From: Candidatus Levyibacteriota bacterium
GTDB taxonomy: Bacteria > Patescibacteriota > Microgenomatia > Levybacterales > UBA12049
Assembly: GCA_016204535.1 (NCBI GenBank)
Contig: JACQKL010000042.1
Span: 1 to 48,751 of the forward strand
Length of the DNA stretch: 48,751 bases
Direction: 5' to 3'
Shown here: positions 43,917 through 48,751 of the stretch, piece after piece
How positions within the stretch are numbered: position 1 is the stretch's first letter
Layout: every line of letters starts with the position of its first letter
The notes under the pieces: generated by a model
What the model saw: the letters and a program-made list of their open reading frames with translations, nothing else
Told to the model about the DNA's origin: nothing
Database searches by the model: none
Made by a program: the position numbers and the translations under genes

Positions 43917-44293
43917 AGGAAGTAAGTGTCTGGAATAAGAAAAAGATTATAGCTTTTGTTTTTTTAGTAATACTATTAGCAATTGGAATATATTTCTTCA
44001 AAACTAAGGTTTTAGGAAATAAATCCTTCTCTCCTTCGGATATTCTAAAATCTGTTAAGGGGACAAAAAGTGTAAAAGAGGAAAATAAGACGCAAGAAAA
44101 CCTAAATACAAATATACAAAAGGCTGTAAGAGAAAAAATTGAGAGTTTAAAACAGGAGGTATCGTCCTTAAATATCGCAGAGATTGCCTCCTCTTCTCCT
44201 CAAGTTCAGAAAATATTAAACGATATTAAATCTTTGGAGCAAATTCCGCAAACCCAAGTAAAAGAAATCTGTAAAAAAGTTTGTGGTTTATAA
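43904..44293 (+). CDS. membrane-anchored hypothetical protein
   Basis: 129 aa with an N-terminal TM helix ([18 protein letters not shown]) and a charged helical remainder. Confidence 0.4.
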   Translation: MEKVEEVSVWNKKKIIAFVFLVILLAIGIYFFKTKVLGNKSFSPSDILKSVKGTKSVKEENKTQENLNTNIQKAVREKIESLKQEVSSLNIAEIASSSPQVQKILNDIKSLEQIPQTQVKEICKKVCGL

Positions 44294-44309
44294 AATATTG
44301 GATAAAATT

Positions 44310-45314
44310 ATGGATGAGATAAAAGAAAGAGTAAGTAAATTATTGGAAAAATTTGATCTCGATCAGAAAAGAAAAAGAATAAGAGAGATAGAGGCACAAA
44401 GTCTAAAGCCTGATTTTTGGAAAGACCACCAAATAGCCGCTTCCAAAATGAAAGAGCTATCGGATCTTCAAGCGGAAATTGTCAAGATAGAAGTCCTGCA
44501 AGGCAGAATTCAAGGTGGAGACATAAATGGAGCAAAAGAACTTTTGGAAGAACTTGAAGTTTTTCTTTATTTAAGTGGGCCTTATGATAAGAATTCCGCG
44601 ATTTTGTCTATTCATGCGGGTCAAGGCGGAGTGGAAGCAATGGACTGGACACAAATGCTTTTGAGAATGTATACAAGATACGCTGAAAGAAAAGGATTCA
44701 AATATGAAGTTATTGATCAGACATTCGGCGAAGAAGCTGGATATAAAAGCGTTACGATATCAATTGCAGGAGAATATACTTATGGATATTTAAGAGGGGA
44801 AGCCGGAGTGCATCGTTTGGTCAGACTTTCGCCTTTCAATGCCGATCGTCTTCGCCAAACCTCATTTGCATTAGTTGAAGTATTGCCCGAGATTATTAAT
44901 AATACAGAAACTGAAATTAAAGAAGATGACTTGGAATGGGATTTTTTCAGAGCAGGAGGGCACGGAGGGCAGAATGTCAATAAAGTTTCAACTGCTGTTA
45001 GATTAAAACACAAGCCCTCTGGAATTATTGTTACTGCTCAAACAGAAAGATTTCAAGCGCAAAACAGAGAATATGCTTTAAAAATCTTGAGGGCAAAGTT
45101 ATGGGCTATAAAAGAAGAGGAGCGAAAGCGCGAAGAGCAAAAACTCAAAGGCGGATACAAGACTCCCGGATGGGGAAATCAAATCCGCTCCTACGTTTTA
45201 CATCCCTATCATATGGTAAAAGATCTTAGAACTAATTTTGAAACTGCTGATACGAATGCGGTTTTAGACGGAGACTTAGATGGGTTTATAGAAGAAGAAT
45301 TGCGTAAACTTTAG
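44310..45314 (+). CDS. prfB: peptide chain release factor 2, single uninterrupted ORF
   Basis: SPF tripeptide (RLSPFNA) and GGQ ([11 protein letters not shown]). ATG 44310 preferred over GTG 44283. No in-frame TGA or frameshift site. Confidence 0.9.
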   Translation: MDEIKERVSKLLEKFDLDQKRKRIREIEAQSLKPDFWKDHQIAASKMKELSDLQAEIVKIEVLQGRIQGGDINGAKELLEELEVFLYLSGPYDKNSAILSIHAGQGGVEAMDWTQMLLRMYTRYAERKGFKYEVIDQTFGEEAGYKSVTISIAGEYTYGYLRGEAGVHRLVRLSPFNADRLRQTSFALVEVLPEIINNTETEIKEDDLEWDFFRAGGHGGQNVNKVSTAVRLKHKPSGIIVTAQTERFQAQNREYALKILRAKLWAIKEEERKREEQKLKGGYKTPGWGNQIRSYVLHPYHMVKDLRTNFETADTNAVLDGDLDGFIEEELRKL

Positions 45315-45352
45315 GGGTTGTAAAGAATGGTGTTTTGTGATTAACTATAGTC

Positions 45353-45817
45353 ATGGAAAAGAATGGTCCGACACAAAAGGAACCTTTAGTCCATAGTCTT
45401 GACAATAGCATGAGCAATTCTATTTTTACCCAAAAATTATTTATTTTTTTACTTATTGCTGTTGTTTTAGGCGGAATAACAGGATACGCATTGAGCCGTA
45501 AGGGAGCAAGCGGAAACACTCTAACTTCAGGGTCTGTAAATTCATCAGAGATTACTAAGGGAACGATTGTTGGATCTGATGATACGAAAACATTCAAAGA
45601 TACGGCAATTGGAAAATTAGAAAAAGGAGGAATTAATGGGGAAGGGCAATTCCATTTGACAAGAACCGGCGGAGAAAGCCAAAATGTTTATCTTACTTCT
45701 TCAAGTGTCGATTTATCTAAATTTGTCGGAAGGAAGATCAAAGTCTGGGGAGAAACTCAAAAAGCGCAATATGCAGGCTGGCTGATGGATGTAGGACGAG
45801 TAGAAGTGACAGAATAA
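45353..45817 (+). CDS. membrane-anchored hypothetical protein
   Basis: 154 aa, one TM helix (LFIFLLIAVVLGGITGYAL), beta-rich C-terminal domain. Confidence 0.4.
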   Translation: MEKNGPTQKEPLVHSLDNSMSNSIFTQKLFIFLLIAVVLGGITGYALSRKGASGNTLTSGSVNSSEITKGTIVGSDDTKTFKDTAIGKLEKGGINGEGQFHLTRTGGESQNVYLTSSSVDLSKFVGRKIKVWGETQKAQYAGWLMDVGRVEVTE

Positions 45818-45832
45818 AATAACCTCTAATTT

Positions 45833-46549
45833 ATGATACAGCTAAATAAGGTCTCAAAACAATTTCGTACCGGAGTTTTTGCTCTTTCGGATATTAGTTT
45901 TACGGTCGGAAAAGGCGAATTCGTTTTTTTGATAGGCCCGACAGGAAGTGGTAAAACCACAATTTTTCGACTTCTTACTCGTGAAGCTTTTCCAACAACG
46001 GGTGAGATTGTTGTCGACAATTGGGATGTTGTAAAACTTCCCACGAGTAAAATACCCCATCTTAGAAAAAAAATCGGAGTAGTTTTTCAAGATCTGAAAT
46101 TGTTAATGGACAGAACTATCTTTGAAAATATTATATTGCCTCTTGAAGTATCCGGAATAAATTCAGTTAACGCCAAAAAAATAGTGGAGGAAACTATGGA
46201 GAGGCTGGGAATAGCTGTCCATAAAGATAAATTTCCAATCCAACTTTCCGGAGGAGAGCTTCAAAGAGTTGCGATTGCCAGAGCTCTTGTTCTTTCTCCG
46301 GACATACTTTTGGCAGATGAGCCTACGGGGAATCTAGATCAAGCGACTGCATTTGAAATAGTAAAACTATTGTCGGAAATTAACAAAAAAGGCACAACCG
46401 TAATTATGGCAACCCACAACAATGACATACTGAAAGCGATTTCGAAAAGAATTATCTCTTTGGATAAAGGTTTTCTAGTAAGAGATGATGGTAAAAAGAA
46501 AGAAAAGTGCGAAGCGGAACATTCCGATAAAAAATTGAAGGCAAATTAA
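45833..46549 (+). CDS. ftsE: cell division ATP-binding protein FtsE
   Basis: GPTGSGKTT, LSGGELQRVAIARAL, LLADEPTGNLD. Followed by ftsX. Confidence 0.9.
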   Translation: MIQLNKVSKQFRTGVFALSDISFTVGKGEFVFLIGPTGSGKTTIFRLLTREAFPTTGEIVVDNWDVVKLPTSKIPHLRKKIGVVFQDLKLLMDRTIFENIILPLEVSGINSVNAKKIVEETMERLGIAVHKDKFPIQLSGGELQRVAIARALVLSPDILLADEPTGNLDQATAFEIVKLLSEINKKGTTVIMATHNNDILKAISKRIISLDKGFLVRDDGKKKEKCEAEHSDKKLKAN

Positions 46550-46550
46550 A

Positions 46551-47417
46551 ATGAAAGTTTTTAGAACAACCTGGTGTAACATTAGACGCTCTCCATATCA
46601 GGCATTTGCTGCAGTCTTTGTGATGACCTTAACTTTTTTGTTTATATCTTTTTTTACTTTTCTTCTTTTCGGATCTTCAAAGGCAATCAGTTACTTTGAA
46701 TCAAGACCGCAAGTTACTGCATTTTTCCGGCAGGAAGTTAAACAGGAAGATATAGATAGTCTTAAAGATAATTTGATGACAACAAATAAAATTGCAGATA
46801 TCAAGTTTGTTTCCAAGCAAGATGCTCTAAAAATATACACAGAGCAGAATAAAGACGACCCCTTGCTTTTGGAATTGGTAACCGCCGATATTTTACCAGC
46901 CTCTTTGGAGATATCAACTATAAAAATTGCAGATCTATCAGAAATAAACAATATGCTTTCTGGATCTCCTTTGGTTTCCGAAGTAGTCTTTCAGAAGGAT
47001 GTAGTGTCTGTTTTAACATCCTGGACAAATGCTTTAAGAGGGATAGGACTAGGATTAATAATTACTTTATCTTTGGTTTCCGTCTTTATTATGGTAATTA
47101 TTATTGGTATAAAAATAGCACAGAAAAAACAAGATATAGAAATTATGAGGCTTATTGGTGCGGGCGGATGGTATATCAGGTGGCCGATTGTTTTTGAGGG
47201 AATTTTTTATGGAGTAGTTGGGGCGATATTGGGTTTTGGGATTGCAAGTGGCGCCTTATGGTATGCAACGCCATTTTTATCTTCTTTTCTTAAAGGAATT
47301 CCAATTTTTCCAATACCGGTAATTTTTTTATTGGGATTATTAGGATTTGAAATACTCATTGCAATGATTTTGGGAATATTTTCAAGTCTTGTGGCAGTTT
47401 TAAGATATCTTAAATAA
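46551..47417 (+). CDS. ftsX: cell division permease FtsX
   Basis: 288 aa, TM1, periplasmic domain (IKFVSKQDALKIY), three C-terminal TM helices, MRLIGAG motif. Confidence 0.85.
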   Translation: MKVFRTTWCNIRRSPYQAFAAVFVMTLTFLFISFFTFLLFGSSKAISYFESRPQVTAFFRQEVKQEDIDSLKDNLMTTNKIADIKFVSKQDALKIYTEQNKDDPLLLELVTADILPASLEISTIKIADLSEINNMLSGSPLVSEVVFQKDVVSVLTSWTNALRGIGLGLIITLSLVSVFIMVIIIGIKIAQKKQDIEIMRLIGAGGWYIRWPIVFEGIFYGVVGAILGFGIASGALWYATPFLSSFLKGIPIFPIPVIFLLGLLGFEILIAMILGIFSSLVAVLRYLK

Positions 47418-47441
47418 AGAAAACATGCGGAGCTTCTATGT

Positions 47442-48656
47442 ATGTTTTTTATAAAGAGAAAATTTGCAATAAGGATCTTGGCAATTGCATTTTTATTAGG
47501 TGCGTTTGTATTAGTAAATAAATTCGTCTTCGCAGAAACTTCATCAATAGGGGAATGCAAGGATAATAACATTAGCGTTCAAGATTGTCCCTCATTTCTT
47601 CAGGGTAAAATAAATTCTCTTCAGGGTCAGGCAAGAACCCTTGCGTCTCAAATAGAAATTATGGACAACCAAATCAATTTGACCGAGGCAAAAATAGAAG
47701 CAAACAAAAGACAAATATTAGATTTAACACTTGATATCGATACCGCAACCAACAAAATATCCTCACTTCAGAATTCTCTAAATAAGATTACAGGAGTACT
47801 TTTGAATAGAATTGTAGCAACTTATGAAGCTGGAAGAGTACAACCTTTGGAAATGTTATTGTCCTCAGGTAACGCATCTAATTTGTTGGCAAGATTAAAT
47901 TATCTTAAAATTGCACAAGCCCACGACAAAAAATTAATTTATGATGTCCAGCAGGCAAAAAATGATTATACCAACCAAAAAGATATTCTTGAAACAAAAC
48001 GGAAAAAAGTAGAATCATTAAAAAAGCAATTGGAAGCATATACTGCTCAACTTGAGCAGGAAAAGCAGGATAAGCAAATGCTTCTAACTGTCACTCAAAA
48101 TGATGAAATACTTTATCAGCAGGAATTACAAGCCGCCCTTGCAGAACAGGCCGCAATCGAGGCAGCCATTGTTTCTGGTGTACAGGTTGGCTCAGTCAAG
48201 CAAGGAGACCCCATTGCTTTGGTTGGTAATAGCGGTTGGCATCCTGATCCAAATCTTAGTTGTTCGACAGGACCACATCTTCATTTTGAGGTTCGGGAAA
48301 ACAACCAATGGAGTAATCCTACTAATTTTCTCAAAAGTAAAGGCGTGATAGATGATCAAAATCAAGGAAGATTGACTATTACTTTAGGTTCAGGAGATTG
48401 GGAGTGGCCATTATCAGATCCTATTAAGATTACTCAATTTTATGGTCAAACACCCTATTCTTGGAAGTACAGATATAGTGGTGGTATTCACACAGGTATT
48501 GATATGGTTTCGGATGGAGGAAATGTAATTCGCGCTCCGAAAGATGGAACTCTATATAAATATTCTCAACTATGCGTAGAGGGTGGAAATATTATTAACA
48601 TCGTATACATCGATCACGGAAATAATGTAGTAAGTTTTTACTTGCACGTACAATAA
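47442..48656 (+). CDS. coiled-coil M23 (LytM-type) metallopeptidase, EnvC-like, with motifs in permuted order
   Basis: Signal/anchor and a coiled coil of about 200 aa. Then GDPIALVGNSG...GPHLHFEV (HLH at 48276-48284) comes BEFORE WEWPL...GGIHTGIDM (HxxxD at 48489-48503)...IDHGNNVVSFYLHVQ-stop. Confidence 0.8.
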   Translation: MFFIKRKFAIRILAIAFLLGAFVLVNKFVFAETSSIGECKDNNISVQDCPSFLQGKINSLQGQARTLASQIEIMDNQINLTEAKIEANKRQILDLTLDIDTATNKISSLQNSLNKITGVLLNRIVATYEAGRVQPLEMLLSSGNASNLLARLNYLKIAQAHDKKLIYDVQQAKNDYTNQKDILETKRKKVESLKKQLEAYTAQLEQEKQDKQMLLTVTQNDEILYQQELQAALAEQAAIEAAIVSGVQVGSVKQGDPIALVGNSGWHPDPNLSCSTGPHLHFEVRENNQWSNPTNFLKSKGVIDDQNQGRLTITLGSGDWEWPLSDPIKITQFYGQTPYSWKYRYSGGIHTGIDMVSDGGNVIRAPKDGTLYKYSQLCVEGGNIINIVYIDHGNNVVSFYLHVQ

Positions 48657-48751
48657 TTATTTTTTTTATTGACGCTTTGGAAATTCCCGCTAAAGAATTT
48701 CTCAGTTGGTCTTTAAGAATATGAAGGTAGGCGCCGGCGTGGTCGCGCCCG

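Noticed and set aside
44310-45314. Programmed +1 frameshift in prfB
   Set aside because: I looked for the usual in-frame TGA (CTT TGA C context) near codon 25. The RF2 reading frame is continuous from ATG 44310 with no internal stop, so this copy is not frameshift-regulated.
1-48751. Alternative genetic code (UGA recoded, as in some candidate-phyla lineages)
   Set aside because: TGA terminates conserved genes at the expected ends (e.g. hmgA 2199-2201, lysS 33906-33908, the ATPase 41748-41750). A full RF2 with SPF and GGQ motifs is encoded, and no conserved ORF needs TGA read-through.

Overview
AT-rich (about 35-38% GC in hand-counted 60-nt samples), very gene-dense bacterial chromosomal segment: about 55 protein genes, one tRNA-Pro(GGG) and the RNase P RNA. 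The standard code applies: TGA ends conserved genes and RF2 is present. Content is mainly housekeeping. It includes an ECF sigma cassette; a mevalonate-pathway operon (class I HMG-CoA reductase, archaeal-type HMG-CoA synthase/thiolase/DUF35 trio, two GHMP kinases, diphosphomevalonate decarboxylase) facing uppS; recA / alpha-beta hydrolase / recX; rny; HU; and an AI-2E permease. A roughly 10-gene minus-strand operon runs VanW, cytidylyltransferase, DUF192, tsaD, polysaccharide deacetylase, hydrolase, rmuC, cupredoxin, UvrD-type helicase-nuclease. Further genes are a solute-binding protein, a PPAT-DUF359 fusion, greA, tdh-kbl, lysS-rdgB-serS, secA-yibE/F-UDG, a PilB/ComGA-like ATPase with two unknown partners, ogt, mazG, prfB and ftsE-ftsX-M23 peptidase. 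The archaeal-type lipid and CoA genes, an RNase Y without a membrane anchor and many small membrane-anchored hypotheticals suggest a Patescibacteria/CPR-like organism (inference only). I saw no CRISPR array, transposase, integrase or recognisable defence system. Observations worth a second look: (1) a SAM-methyltransferase + HD-domain gene pair with higher GC wedged inside the mevalonate operon; (2) at least nine 28-35 bp micro-arrays with 7-nt (one 8-nt) periodicity, inside conserved genes and at gene junctions; (3) promoters whose -10 hexamer ends exactly 7 nt before the start codon, implying leaderless mRNAs, calibrated by the rnpB promoter; (4) a poly-lysine micro-ORF plus strong terminator upstream of secA; (5) an FtsEX-adjacent M23 peptidase whose catalytic motifs are in circularly permuted order; (6) an archaeal-type PPAT-DPCK fusion. 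All functional calls come from motif recognition by eye; no database search was possible.
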